Origin: Nitrosopumilaceae archaeon
GTDB lineage: Archaea > Thermoproteota > Nitrososphaeria > Nitrososphaerales > Nitrosopumilaceae
NCBI GenBank assembly: GCA_965214835.1
Contig: CBDCCK010000002.1
Coordinates: 1,152,001 to 1,216,000 of the forward strand
Reading direction: 5' to 3'
Length of the DNA: 64,000 nt
The notes beneath the pieces are model-generated. The model did not search any database, was not told where the DNA came from, and worked only from the letters and a program-made list of their open reading frames with translations. Below, one piece after another: positions 1 to 10,163 of the stretch; position 1 is the first letter of the stretch, and each line of letters starts with the position of its first letter. A program made the translations under genes and the position numbers.

Positions 1-404
1 ATATTCCCGCAATCTACTATCCCTATGGAATGTATGCTGCGGCAGTCAGATTCAAAAGCTCGCTGCAAGAGAACGCAAAAACACACGCGTTTGTAGAGGA
101 CGTAATAGAGATGTGCCATAACGGAATCGTTGCATGGGAGAAGGACTCCGACATCAAGCCCGTCTTGATCAGGGGGGCCGACGATCACACCAACACAAAA
201 GAGCGCTGGGAGATCCTGGCGCAGTACTTTGCGGAAAACCGGATTCCCTACCGGGAGGTACTCTCCGAGGGGGGTAACATCCTGACAAAGATAATGTGTC
301 TTGTCTACCTGCTAGACTATTGCTCTGTCTACAAGGCGGTTTTGGAAGGCGTAGACCCCTCACCGGTCCTATCCATCGAGCACATCAAGTCAAGACTAGG
401 CTAG
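1..404 (+). CDS. Bifunctional phosphoglucose/phosphomannose isomerase, C-terminal part (5'-truncated by window edge)
   Basis: Frame open from base 3; RFKSSLQENAK, EMCHNGIVAW, DYCSVYKAVLEGVDPSPV and HIK motifs of the archaeal PGI/PMI C-terminal SIS domain. Confidence 0.8.
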   Translation, partial: IPAIYYPYGMYAAAVRFKSSLQENAKTHAFVEDVIEMCHNGIVAWEKDSDIKPVLIRGADDHTNTKERWEILAQYFAENRIPYREVLSEGGNILTKIMCLVYLLDYCSVYKAVLEGVDPSPVLSIEHIKSRLG

Positions 405-436
405 AATTATAACATTCGTTTTTTCTCAATACAGCA

Positions 437-1321
437 ATGGCTCGCAACCGGATCGTCTCAGTCATTGTTCCAGTGTACAACTCGGAGAAGTTTCTTTCCG
501 AGTCGCTGTCCTCCGTCTTGGATCAGACCTATGACCGTATAGAAATAATAGCGGTCAATGACGGTTCCCAGGACGGGTCACTGGACATCCTGAGGACCTT
601 TTCGGACAAGATCACCATAATCGATCAGAAAAACAGGGGCTTGGCCGCCGCGTTGCAAGCCGGCATTGAAAAGATGCGGGGAGGCTGGTTCAAGTGGTTC
701 TCCCCAGACGACGTCATGTATCCCTACATGATCGAGGAACTCGTGGCAAAGTCCTGCGAGCTAGGCGACAACTGCATCGTGTATTCAAACTGGGACATGA
801 TCGACGCAGACGGCAGGCTCTTGCGGGGCTTCTCTGAGACCGACTATGGCCGCCTGAATGACTTTGACTTTAATGTCAGGCTGCTTGACGGGCAGCAGAT
901 CAACGTCAACACAAGCCTGATTCCGGGCGGGTTCTTCAAAAAAGGGCGCATTCCCCAGCTGGACGACCCCGTATCCGTCGACTATGCGCTTTTCCTGGAG
1001 GCCGGACTGGTTCACCAGATGAGTTTTTACCTGATTGACAGGCCGCTGCTGAAATACAGGATTCACTCGCAGCAACTATCCCGCCGGCATGTACTGGACT
1101 CTCTGCTGCGCACAGAGCAGGTCCGCCGCGACATTCTGCAAAGACTAGCACCTGGGGAGCAGCTCAGGTACGCGGATGCACTGGAGCGCTTTAAGCGCAG
1201 CAAACCGGCCTCAAAAAGACTCATGAGCTCCGGCCTAAGACTCTTGTCGAGAATCCTGCCCACCGGCCAGGTTGACAGGCTGCTTGTCTTTTACCTAAAC
1301 AACATAAGGAGCTCAAGATAG
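437..1321 (+). CDS. Glycosyltransferase family 2
   Basis: VSVIVPVYN, IIAVNDGSQD, NRGLAAA, DD motif. Confidence 0.9.
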   Translation: MARNRIVSVIVPVYNSEKFLSESLSSVLDQTYDRIEIIAVNDGSQDGSLDILRTFSDKITIIDQKNRGLAAALQAGIEKMRGGWFKWFSPDDVMYPYMIEELVAKSCELGDNCIVYSNWDMIDADGRLLRGFSETDYGRLNDFDFNVRLLDGQQINVNTSLIPGGFFKKGRIPQLDDPVSVDYALFLEAGLVHQMSFYLIDRPLLKYRIHSQQLSRRHVLDSLLRTEQVRRDILQRLAPGEQLRYADALERFKRSKPASKRLMSSGLRLLSRILPTGQVDRLLVFYLNNIRSSR

Positions 1322-1337
1322 CCTTCAAAATCATTTT

Positions 1338-2354
1338 ATGATTCCCAAACTAAGGCATTTTGTGTCTGAGGATCCGCTGGTCTCCATAATCATCGTAAAC
1401 TATAACGGGCAGAGTCTGCTGAAAAGCTGCTTTGATAGCATCTACAGTAACTCATACCCGAATTTTGAGATAATTTTCGTAGACAACGGGTCGGAGGACG
1501 GCAGCGTACGGCTCGTACAAAAGCACTACCCTGACACAAAAATTCTAAAGCTGGAAAAGAATCTCGGATTTGCATACCCGAACAATCTTGGCGCAGGCAG
1601 CGCCAGCGGAGAGTATCTTCTGTTTTTAAACAATGATACCGTGGTTACCCCCGGCTTTCTTACCGAGCTGGTATCTGTGGCAAAAAACAGCAAAAAGATA
1701 GGCTCATGCCAGAGCCTGCTGCTGGACGCTGATAACAACGTGGACTCCAGCGGGGATTTCATAGACCGTCTCGGCGTCTCTTTTAGCTCAAAAGAAAAAA
1801 CCCCCGGCCCCCGTCAGATACTCAGCGCCAAGGCCGCCTCGATGCTGATGCGCAAAGCCGTCTTTTTGCAGCTGGGCGGATTCGACGAAAAATTCTTTCT
1901 GTCTTTTGAGGACGTGGATCTTGGCTGGAGGCTGTGCATACTGGGATACGAGAACTTGGCCGTTACCTCATCAGTCGTCTTTCATTTGGGGGGCCAAACC
2001 ACGAAAAGGCTCGGGCAGGAGATCTCCTTTCACGGTGCAAAGAACCAACTATCGATGAAGATCACCAATTTTGAACTTTCTGCATCCTTTAGGGCGGTGC
2101 TGGGGTTTCTAGTCGTTTATGGCTCACGTGAATTAAGAATTAAACTTGACTATATGCTTCGTGGCTCCACCTCTATTGCCCCCACCAAGTATGAGCCCGG
2201 CATTGCCCAAAATCCCAGCATGAAGGTAATCCTCAAGAGCATACTTTGGCTGTTTCAAAACATTTCATACCTGCACAAAAAACGAATCTGGCTAAAATCA
2301 AGAAGAAAATGCAGCACCAAAGATCTCCTTGCAAGGGGCCTTATCCTAAAATGA
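1338..2354 (+). CDS. Glycosyltransferase family 2 (rhamnosyltransferase-like); start may be GTG 1362
   Basis: VSIIIVNYNG, VDNGSEDGS, NLGFA, LFLNND, GGFDEKFFLSFEDVDL. Confidence 0.9.
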   Translation: MIPKLRHFVSEDPLVSIIIVNYNGQSLLKSCFDSIYSNSYPNFEIIFVDNGSEDGSVRLVQKHYPDTKILKLEKNLGFAYPNNLGAGSASGEYLLFLNNDTVVTPGFLTELVSVAKNSKKIGSCQSLLLDADNNVDSSGDFIDRLGVSFSSKEKTPGPRQILSAKAASMLMRKAVFLQLGGFDEKFFLSFEDVDLGWRLCILGYENLAVTSSVVFHLGGQTTKRLGQEISFHGAKNQLSMKITNFELSASFRAVLGFLVVYGSRELRIKLDYMLRGSTSIAPTKYEPGIAQNPSMKVILKSILWLFQNISYLHKKRIWLKSRRKCSTKDLLARGLILK

Positions 2355-2617
2355 CCTGAAACCCAGCTGGGCAAAATGTGATGAAAAATCGAGCAAAGGC
2401 AGAAGCTAGACAGGAAGCATACCGCCTCAGACTGTCCCCAACATGATGCGCACAGCTGCAAGCCGATCATTTTTTTGTCGAGATAGGCGCGACGTGTCAA
2501 AATCATGGTCGGTTCTTGAGCAGACACTACGCGCTACGGTTTGGCCTTGTATCCAGCCCGCCTACAAAGGGCGAGATCTCCGGGAGCAAATACTATGAAG
2601 TCGTGCCTTGGAATGGC

Positions 2618-3553
2618 CTATGGCCTAAAGCCGGCATCCACCATCAGCGCGATGAACAGCACTGCCAGGTAGGGGCTGGAGAACTTGAACAGGGTCCAGG
2701 AGGCCCTCTCGGTAGGCCTTGCAACCACCCATGCAGACAGCGCGATCATCAGGGCGCCTGAGGCAATGGCCGTAGCCAGATAAATCAGACCGGTCATCGG
2801 AGCGCCATCGTCTGCTGCCAAAAAGAACGGGGCGATGCTGAACAGCACCATTGCGACGGTGGATGCTGCCACCACGCGAGCTGACGTGCTCTCAGACTGG
2901 ACGGCAGTAAGCATCGGAACATTGACCTTGTTGTAGTCCTCCTTGAAATGCATGGTAAGGCTCCAGATGTGGAGCGGGATCCAGATGAATACCAGGCCTG
3001 CCATGACCAGACCCATGGTCCACAGATCCGTCATGGTCACTGCAACCCAGCCAATCAGCGGAGGCGAACCGCCGCAGAGGCCGCCTAGGATAATGTTGCC
3101 TCGGGAGTGGCGTTTGAGCGCATAAGAGTAAACTAGGACGTTGTTTGCCAGACCAAATGCAATAAGGGCGGTGGCCCAGAGGCCCTGCTCCATCGTTGTG
3201 GTATAGGACAGGCCGTATGCCAGGGCCAGGGATGCACCGGCCAGGACATAGCCAAAGTTGCGTGCCTTTGTGGCAGGATAGATCCGCTTTGAGGGAAGGG
3301 GCCTGTCCTTGGTCCTCTCCATTATGGCATCAATGTCCCTATCGTGATAGTTTGTCAGCGTGTTGGCAGCAGCAGAGCCTGCAGCTACGGAGAACAGCAT
3401 CAGTGCCCACGTGCCGGGGGACACCTCAACATCGTAAACATTTGAGGCCACTACCGTGGCACCGAATGCTGTGAACACCAGGAGATACCAGATCTTCGGC
3501 TTGGTAAGTTCATAGTATACCGAAACACGTGACTGAGTCTTTTGTTCCTGCAA
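2618..3553 (-). CDS. cyoE: Protoheme IX farnesyltransferase (heme O synthase)
   Basis: ELTKPKI, DRDIDAIMERTKDRPLPS, WIPLHIWSL...EDY..VNVPML; multi-TM. Confidence 0.95.
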   Translation of the reverse strand: MQEQKTQSRVSVYYELTKPKIWYLLVFTAFGATVVASNVYDVEVSPGTWALMLFSVAAGSAAANTLTNYHDRDIDAIMERTKDRPLPSKRIYPATKARNFGYVLAGASLALAYGLSYTTTMEQGLWATALIAFGLANNVLVYSYALKRHSRGNIILGGLCGGSPPLIGWVAVTMTDLWTMGLVMAGLVFIWIPLHIWSLTMHFKEDYNKVNVPMLTAVQSESTSARVVAASTVAMVLFSIAPFFLAADDGAPMTGLIYLATAIASGALMIALSAWVVARPTERASWTLFKFSSPYLAVLFIALMVDAGFRP

Positions 3554-3556
3554 AGT

Positions 3557-4021
3557 CTACTTCCTCTTTGACGGCATGTATGGCATCGATTTTTCCCTGG
3601 TCTTCATCTCTATGAAGCTCTCGGAGCTTACAACGCCGTCTATTCTGCCGATCTTCTCTGAGACCAGCCTGTGCATCTCGTCTAGGCTTTTTGCGTACAT
3701 TGTAACCAGAATATCGAACCTGCCTGTGACCTCGGCGATCTCGCGAACCCCCTCGATGTTGAATAGCTCCTCGATGATGCCGTCGCGCTTTTTCGAGTCC
3801 ATGTTTATTCCTGTGAGTGACTTTACGGCATAGCCTAGCTCCAAGTCATTTACCACTATGGTAAAGCGCTCGATCAGCTTTCGCTTGATTAGCCGCTTTA
3901 TCCTAGAGTACACCACCGAAGAGTTTACCTTGATCTTCTTGGATAGCTTGGGAACCGAGATTGAGGCGTCGTTGCTCAGCTCCGATAATATCATTAAGTC
4001 TAGATCGTCTACGTTTGCCAT
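3557..4021 (-). CDS. Lrp/AsnC family transcriptional regulator
   Basis: N-terminal HTH (DDLDLMILSEL...VYSRIKRL) plus RAM domain (EVTGRFD). Confidence 0.93.
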   Translation of the reverse strand: MANVDDLDLMILSELSNDASISVPKLSKKIKVNSSVVYSRIKRLIKRKLIERFTIVVNDLELGYAVKSLTGINMDSKKRDGIIEELFNIEGVREIAEVTGRFDILVTMYAKSLDEMHRLVSEKIGRIDGVVSSESFIEMKTREKSMPYMPSKRK

Positions 4022-4186
4022 GCCAAACTATCGATCCATTATGGATTTTTAGAACTTATAAGTTTACTATTGAAAAAATTACAAAAATCCGCTAGAATAA
4101 AGCTAAATTCTGATATCACGTACAACTTTGGCCGGTCGCATCATGATGGCTGCCCGGGGTTGTGGAAAGGCCTGCAGCGTACCTGC

Positions 4187-5263
4187 CTAGATCTTGCCCT
4201 TTTTGCATAGCATCTCTGCTAGCAAGACGGCGCCTTTTGCCGAACCCATCTTCTTGTTGTGCGAGAACAGCATATACTTGAGGCCCTTCTCGAAGAGCTC
4301 CTCCTTTTCAACCCTGCCTATGGTCGTGGTCATGCCGTCTCCCACCTCTCGCTCCATTCTTGGCTGGGGCCTTGTCGGATCCTCGTGGAACGCATAGTAA
4401 TCCTTGGGTGCCGACGGCAGTCCCCGAACCGAGATGTCCTTATTGTAGCCGTTGTACAGCTCCTTGGCCTTGACCGGATCGATGTCCTCCGAGGTCTCCA
4501 CGAATACGGACTCGGTATGCCCGTCGATTACCGGAACCCTGGTACATGTGCAACTGACCCTGATGTCAGCATCCTTGATCTTGCCGTCCTTGAACTCCCC
4601 TAGGATCTTCCTTGTCTCTCGCCTGACCTTGCCCTCCTCCTTTGGTATGTAGGGCAGGATGTTGTCGGTAATCCCCATTGCAGACACGCCGGATTTGCCG
4701 CCGCCGGAGATTGCCTGCATCGAGGTCATCATGACCTTTTTTGCGCCGTATTTCTCAAGCAGCGGCTTGAGCGTAATTGCCAGGCCCGTGGTGGTACAGT
4801 TTGGCAGCGGTGCGACGAATCCCTTCCAGTTGCGGTTCTTCTTTTGGGTTTCAATCAGCTCGGCCTGCTCGTCGTTTATCCCCGGGATGAGAATGGGAAC
4901 GTCGTCCTCGTACCTGTATGCGGAGCTAGTCGAGACCACCGGCAGCTGGGCTGCCATTTTGGTCTCAATGTCGCGTGCAGCCTGCGACTCTACTGCTGAA
5001 AATACCAGGTCCAGCTGCGACGTGTCAATCTCGTCAATGCTTCTGACGGTCATCGACTTTACATAGTCCGGGATCTCCCCGCCGACATCCCACATGATGA
5101 TTCCGCCCTCGTTTCTTATCGCGTCCAGGTAGTTTTTGCCTGCGGAGCGCTGCGAGGCCGCAATCTGGGTTACCTCAAACCATGGGTGGTTGTCCAAGGA
5201 CTGGACGAATTCCTGCCCTACGGAGCCTGTTACCCCAATAATTGCAACCCTCTTTTTTTCCAT
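4187..5263 (-). CDS. asd: Aspartate-semialdehyde dehydrogenase
   Basis: GVTGSVGQ, PNCTT catalytic Cys, MQAISGGG, RVPVIDGH; start moved to ATG 5263. Confidence 0.96.
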   Translation of the reverse strand: MEKKRVAIIGVTGSVGQEFVQSLDNHPWFEVTQIAASQRSAGKNYLDAIRNEGGIIMWDVGGEIPDYVKSMTVRSIDEIDTSQLDLVFSAVESQAARDIETKMAAQLPVVSTSSAYRYEDDVPILIPGINDEQAELIETQKKNRNWKGFVAPLPNCTTTGLAITLKPLLEKYGAKKVMMTSMQAISGGGKSGVSAMGITDNILPYIPKEEGKVRRETRKILGEFKDGKIKDADIRVSCTCTRVPVIDGHTESVFVETSEDIDPVKAKELYNGYNKDISVRGLPSAPKDYYAFHEDPTRPQPRMEREVGDGMTTTIGRVEKEELFEKGLKYMLFSHNKKMGSAKGAVLLAEMLCKKGKI

Positions 5264-5347
5264 CGATCTGTAAATAGTCCGGTCAGGACTAATAATCGTT
5301 TTTCGGCCTTGCAAAAGGTACTATATCAGGTACGCATACCCTGTATT

Positions 5348-6427
5348 GTGAAGCCCAGTATCAGGAGCAGCATCCGATCACACAGGCCGGTGGCCCACGG
5401 GGGCAGGTACCCTGTGGGTGCGCATGACCCAGACATTGTCGATTTTAGCTCAAACGTCTCACCGGCCGGGATGCCGGCCTCAGTCAGGAGTACCCTGCGC
5501 AAAAGGCTTGGGGCGGTGCTGGACTATCCGGATCCGAGCTCCTCTGACCTGGTTCGGGGGCTGGCAAGATATACGGGATTGCCCGAGTCTAGAATCTTGG
5601 CGGGAAACGGCGCAGTTGAGATCATCTATAACTTCTGCACGGCATTTGCATCTGGCAGGAGCGTCCTGATTCAGGCGCCCACGTTTGGAGAATACGAGGC
5701 CGCATGCAGGCTTGCAGGCTCCAAGATATCGCGTTTCAGATCAATGAACATTGCCTACGATATCAGGCGATTCATCTCAAAGATTCCAAAAGACGGGTGC
5801 GTCTTTGTCTGCAACCCAAACAACCCGACCGGCACAATACTGACAAAACAGCAAATGTTAAAAATTATTTCGGCCGCCGGGAAAAGGTCCGCCTTGGTCT
5901 TCGTTGATGAGTGCTTCATTGAGCTGGTGCCAGAATCCGACGAGTCCGTCCTGAGTCTGACCAAACGGCACGACAATCTCTTCGTACTACGATCACTTAC
6001 GAAATCGTTCGGTCTGGCTGGCATCCGCGTCGGATATGCGGCATCCTCCAAGGATGTGATATCTGCCCTAAACAGCATGAAGATTCCCTGGAGCGTCAAC
6101 GCCCTGGCCCAGGAGGCCGGCCTTGCGGCAGTCAGATCAAAATCCCACTTGGCAAAATCCAGGAGGATCATCAAAAGGGAGTCCGGGTTCCTAAAGTCCA
6201 GGATTGCAAAAATCCCGGGCCTTGAGTGCCATGACACCTCGACTAACTTTATCTTGATCAGGACAAGGCAAGACTCTACCAAGCTCCAAAAGAGGCTGCT
6301 GCGACACAAGGTTCTGATCCGTGACTGCAAAAACTTCCCGGGACTGGACAACCACTATGTCCGAATTGCAGTAAGATCCCACGGGGACAATCTCAAGCTC
6401 GTACGGGCGCTGGAGGAGGCTGCATGA
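5348..6427 (+). CDS. cobD: L-threonine-O-3-phosphate decarboxylase (PLP, HisC-like)
   Basis: HGG, DFSSNVSP, CNPNNPTG, DECF, RSLTKSFGLAGIRVGY; first gene of a cobalamin cluster; start set at GTG 5348. Confidence 0.85.
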   Translation: MKPSIRSSIRSHRPVAHGGRYPVGAHDPDIVDFSSNVSPAGMPASVRSTLRKRLGAVLDYPDPSSSDLVRGLARYTGLPESRILAGNGAVEIIYNFCTAFASGRSVLIQAPTFGEYEAACRLAGSKISRFRSMNIAYDIRRFISKIPKDGCVFVCNPNNPTGTILTKQQMLKIISAAGKRSALVFVDECFIELVPESDESVLSLTKRHDNLFVLRSLTKSFGLAGIRVGYAASSKDVISALNSMKIPWSVNALAQEAGLAAVRSKSHLAKSRRIIKRESGFLKSRIAKIPGLECHDTSTNFILIRTRQDSTKLQKRLLRHKVLIRDCKNFPGLDNHYVRIAVRSHGDNLKLVRALEEAA

Positions 6428-7263
6428 GGTCGCTGATGATACAGGGCACGTCCTCCGGCGCGGGAAAGACGACGATGGCAGCTGCCCTTTGCAGAATCTT
6501 CTCAGACCGGGGATATGATGTGGTGCCGTTCAAGTCCCAGAACATGTCAAACTTTGGCTATGCCACGCCCGACTTTGAGATATCACGTGCCCAGGCAGTC
6601 CAGGCAATAGCTGCTAGGTGCGAGATTGTGCCTGACCTGAATCCGATAATGCTCAAGCCTCTGGGAAATTACTATAGCGCGGTGTATCTCAACGGCAGGC
6701 GCTACGGGAAGATGCACGCAAAAGAATACTATGCAAAGTTTGTAAAAAAGCAGGGAATCCGGGCGGCAGCCGATTCTCTGGACAGGCTGAGGAAAAACCA
6801 TGATCTGGTGATCCTAGAGGGCGCCGGCTCTCCCGCTGAAATAAACCTGCAGCAATACGACATTGCAAACATGCAGATGGCCCGCCGGGCCGGGGCCTCG
6901 GTAATCCTGGTATCGGACATCGACAGGGGCGGCGCGTTTGCAAGCCTGGCAGGCACCATGGCGCTAGTCGAGAAAAAATACCAAAAACTGGTCAAGGGGT
7001 TTGTGTTCAACAAGTTTCGCGGCGACATTGGTGTTCTAAAGCCCGGATACAGGAGGCTCAGTGCAATCACAAAGGTTCCGGTCTTGGGCACCGTTCCACT
7101 GATCAAAACGGGCCTGCCGGAGGAGGATTCCCTTGGTGCAAGGCCCAAAAAGGTCGCATGGACCAAGCAAAATGTCGCAAAAATCGACAAAAGCATAGGC
7201 AAGCTGGCAAAAACTGTAAAGGACAGCCTGGACATACGGGCAGTTGAGAGGATGATAAAATGA
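6424..7263 (+). CDS. cbiP: Cobyric acid synthase, synthetase domain only
   Basis: QGTSSGAGKT, PFKSQNMS, EGAGSPAEINL, DIDRGG, NKFRGD, PEEDS. Confidence 0.92.
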   Translation: MRSLMIQGTSSGAGKTTMAAALCRIFSDRGYDVVPFKSQNMSNFGYATPDFEISRAQAVQAIAARCEIVPDLNPIMLKPLGNYYSAVYLNGRRYGKMHAKEYYAKFVKKQGIRAAADSLDRLRKNHDLVILEGAGSPAEINLQQYDIANMQMARRAGASVILVSDIDRGGAFASLAGTMALVEKKYQKLVKGFVFNKFRGDIGVLKPGYRRLSAITKVPVLGTVPLIKTGLPEEDSLGARPKKVAWTKQNVAKIDKSIGKLAKTVKDSLDIRAVERMIK

Positions 7264-8222
7264 TTGCAGAGTCCATAGTCATTGCAGCGTCTGCTGTGGG
7301 ACTGGATCTTGCATTCGGTGATCCCCGCAGCAGATACCACCCGACGGCATGGGTTGGGTCCGTAATAGCAAGGATCACTCCGATGGCCAGGCATCAAAAC
7401 CGGACCGTTGAAAGGATTGGCGGGATCCTTGTAATCGGAATCACCGTGGGAGCAGTCCTGACGATCCTTGCAGCATTGTATCTTGGAGTATCGATTCTTA
7501 CCTCCGGGTGGATGACCATTGCAGTCTTGACTATCGCAGGCTCGCTGCTTCTCAAAAGCACCGTTGCCATACGGGGCATGGAGCGACATGCGCTGGCAGT
7601 GATGGATTCTCTGGACCAGAACAACCTGGATTCGGCACGTGCAAGCCTGTCCATGATTGTCAAGCGCGACACCAAGAGTCTGGACAAAAGCCACGTCATT
7701 TCAGGCGTGCTTGAGAGCATCAGCGAGAATACCGTGGATGGCATAACCGGGCCGCTGTTCTACTTTGCAGTATTTGGCATACCGGGGGCGTTTGTATACC
7801 GCGTGGTAAACACCGCAGACTCTATGATCGGATACCAAAACAGCATCTTCAGGAATGTGGGCTGGTTTGCCGCCAAATGCGACACGCTACTGAATTACAT
7901 TCCATCCCGACTTACGGGACTGGTCATGATACTGTCGGTTGCAGCAATGGGGCACGACTGGCGCGCGTCCTATGGCGTGATGATTCGTGACGCCAAAAAG
8001 ACCTCTAGCACAAATGCAGGATATCCCATGGCTGCACTGGCAGGCGCGATTGGGGCAAGATTTGAAAAAATCAACCACTACAAGCTAGGGGACGGAGGCA
8101 CTGAATTAAAAAAACAGCACGTAAAGTTTGCAATCACGGTAATGAAGATCACCTCGCTTCTGTTCTTGGCGATCATCACCGTGCCGGCTATTCTGGCCCT
8201 GGGGGCGCTTTTCAATGCTTAG
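7260..8222 (+). CDS. cbiB: Adenosylcobinamide-phosphate synthase
   Basis: GDP...HP, ESISENTVDG, NTADSMIGY, NAGYPMAALAGA. Confidence 0.94.
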   Translation: MIAESIVIAASAVGLDLAFGDPRSRYHPTAWVGSVIARITPMARHQNRTVERIGGILVIGITVGAVLTILAALYLGVSILTSGWMTIAVLTIAGSLLLKSTVAIRGMERHALAVMDSLDQNNLDSARASLSMIVKRDTKSLDKSHVISGVLESISENTVDGITGPLFYFAVFGIPGAFVYRVVNTADSMIGYQNSIFRNVGWFAAKCDTLLNYIPSRLTGLVMILSVAAMGHDWRASYGVMIRDAKKTSSTNAGYPMAALAGAIGARFEKINHYKLGDGGTELKKQHVKFAITVMKITSLLFLAIITVPAILALGALFNA

Positions 8223-8940
8223 GGAGGTGGGCTCTGTCTTTTCATTTCTGACAATCCTTCCCTCGCCTGGCGGCACGCTGGAGAGCACTGCGAGATACAT
8301 GTGGCTCTTTCCCGTAGTCGGCATTGCAGTAGGCCTGCTGGCAGGTTCCGTGGGTCTTGGGTTATCCGGGTTCATGGATCCGCTGCTGGTAGGCCTGCTG
8401 GTTGTGGCGTCCCTGGCCATAGCTACGGGGATTCACCACGCAGACGGGCTGGCAGACTTTGCAGACGGACTGATGGCAGGTGGATCCCGAGAGAAAAGGC
8501 TCAAGGCAATGAGGGACATCTCGACGGGCTCGGCAGGAACAGTCGGAATCGTCCTGTATCTTGTCGGGCTGGTAATCACAATATCGCTTACCGGCGGGCT
8601 TGATCTGTTCCGGGCCGTCCTGATCTCGGAGGTTCTGGCAAAGTTCTCGATGGTTCTCATGGCAGGCCTGGGAAGCTCTGCGGCCGCCGGCTCCGGCTCC
8701 CCGTTTGTGAGCATGATGAGGGACAGGCGGAGGCTGGCCGCCGCATTTGTAATCATGCTAGTCCCGGTTTCCGTGATTGGCGGGACAACAGGGCTGGCAA
8801 TGCTGGGAGCAACAGTGGCACTCACGCTCCTGGTGCTGGCCGTCTCCACGCGCAGCTTTGGCGGAGTTACCGGGGATGTCATGGGCGCCACAAACGAGCT
8901 TGCGCGCCTGGCCTCACTGGTGGTGTTTGTCACGATATGA
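8215..8940 (+). CDS. cobS: Adenosylcobinamide-GDP ribazoletransferase (cobalamin synthase)
   Basis: FLTILP, TGIHHADGLADFADG, FGGVTGDVMGA. Confidence 0.95.
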   Translation: MLREVGSVFSFLTILPSPGGTLESTARYMWLFPVVGIAVGLLAGSVGLGLSGFMDPLLVGLLVVASLAIATGIHHADGLADFADGLMAGGSREKRLKAMRDISTGSAGTVGIVLYLVGLVITISLTGGLDLFRAVLISEVLAKFSMVLMAGLGSSAAAGSGSPFVSMMRDRRRLAAAFVIMLVPVSVIGGTTGLAMLGATVALTLLVLAVSTRSFGGVTGDVMGATNELARLASLVVFVTI

Positions 8941-9521
8941 TGGGCATAGTGATGGCCGGGGGAAGGGGCTCTAGAATGAAGGCAGGCGGCGAGAAGCTCC
9001 TGCTCCGATACAAAAAGCCGGTAATCATGCACGTGCTTGACGCGCTAGGCGCCTCGGGCTGCTTTGACCAAATCAAGGCCGCAGTATCCCCCAACTCCCC
9101 TGGAACGCAGGAATATCTGCGGCAGCACAACATCGGTGTTGTGGAGACCCCGGGCCTAGGATATGCTGAGGACCTTGCACGGATCCTGCAGTCCGCTGAC
9201 GATGACGTGCTGGTAAGCTCAGGCGACCTGCCGCTTTTGGACGGCGAGATCATACGGGAGATCGTCTCAATGTACGATGCAGACAAAACATGGATCAGCC
9301 TCGTAGTGACCAAGAGGTTCCTAGAGTCCCTTGGGCTGTCGCCGGGCCCCTCCGCCGTCGTGGGAGGGCAGGACTGCATCCATACTGGGATATCCGTCAT
9401 CAATGCACGAAGCATACCGGATGGCAGGCCGGTAGCCGAGGATCATGTAATCCTGGATGACAAGAGAGTCGCCTTTAACATGAACACGAAGCGGGACTAT
9501 GATCTACTCGGCACTGCCTGA
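8937..9521 (+). CDS. cobY: GTP:adenosylcobinamide-phosphate guanylyltransferase
   Basis: MAGGRGSRM, EKLL, GYAEDL, GDLPL, NMNTKRD; cobalamin context. Confidence 0.88.
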   Translation: MMGIVMAGGRGSRMKAGGEKLLLRYKKPVIMHVLDALGASGCFDQIKAAVSPNSPGTQEYLRQHNIGVVETPGLGYAEDLARILQSADDDVLVSSGDLPLLDGEIIREIVSMYDADKTWISLVVTKRFLESLGLSPGPSAVVGGQDCIHTGISVINARSIPDGRPVAEDHVILDDKRVAFNMNTKRDYDLLGTA

Positions 9522-9701
9522 GATCTTGCCGTTAATCCTTGCCAGGGATCCTGTCGGTCTTGCAATTACGTTGCCGCAAGAGTTGCACGTGATCTCGGTC
9601 GTGACGTGGGAGTATACGACCTGCTGCTCGCCGCACTCGTTGCAGTTGACCTTGTTGAACTTGCTGTTTGGCTTTGGGGTGGGAATGTGCGTCCTCTTCA
9701 T
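9504..9701 (-). CDS. rps27e: 30S ribosomal protein S27e
   Basis: PKPNSKF..V.CNECGEQQVVYSH...CNSCG...PTG zinc ribbon. Confidence 0.96.
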   Translation of the reverse strand: MKRTHIPTPKPNSKFNKVNCNECGEQQVVYSHVTTEITCNSCGNVIARPTGSLARINGKISGSAE

Positions 9702-9979
9702 GCTGCCACCAACTCGAACCTTTTAATCCTGATGCCGTACTTGTTGAACTTTTTTTTGCACAAGGTGCATGTCAGCATCGGGGTTACCTTCTTTGTGACC
9801 TTGGCCGGCTTTGCCAGCTTTGGGAATTTCTGGCCGCCATACCCCTGCTTGCGCTCTGCATGCCTGCGCTCGCCTCTTGCCGAGCCGCGTCTCTTTCCTG
9901 CCTTGTAGATCGAGATCTTCTGCTCTGTGTGGGTCTTGCACTTTGGGCAGTACTTGCGTACCACCTTGGGTATGTTCAT
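9698..9979 (-). CDS. rpl44e: 50S ribosomal protein L44e
   Basis: YCPKCKTHT, GYGGQKFP, AKVTKK, CTLC. Confidence 0.96.
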   Translation of the reverse strand: MNIPKVVRKYCPKCKTHTEQKISIYKAGKRRGSARGERRHAERKQGYGGQKFPKLAKPAKVTKKVTPMLTCTLCKKKFNKYGIRIKRFELVAA

Positions 9980-10163
9980 ACCGATTAGGCCGCCCCTGCC
10001 GTAATTTAAGCATTGAATCGTAGCAGCCCGGGCTTGAAGTGATTTACGATTTTAGGCATGAATTACATCTGCAAAGGTTTCTTTGGCGGTAAAATTCACG
10101 CCTGAACCTCCAGAGCAAGCTGTCACATTGAATCTATAATAGGCTCAAGCCCCCATTTGACTT

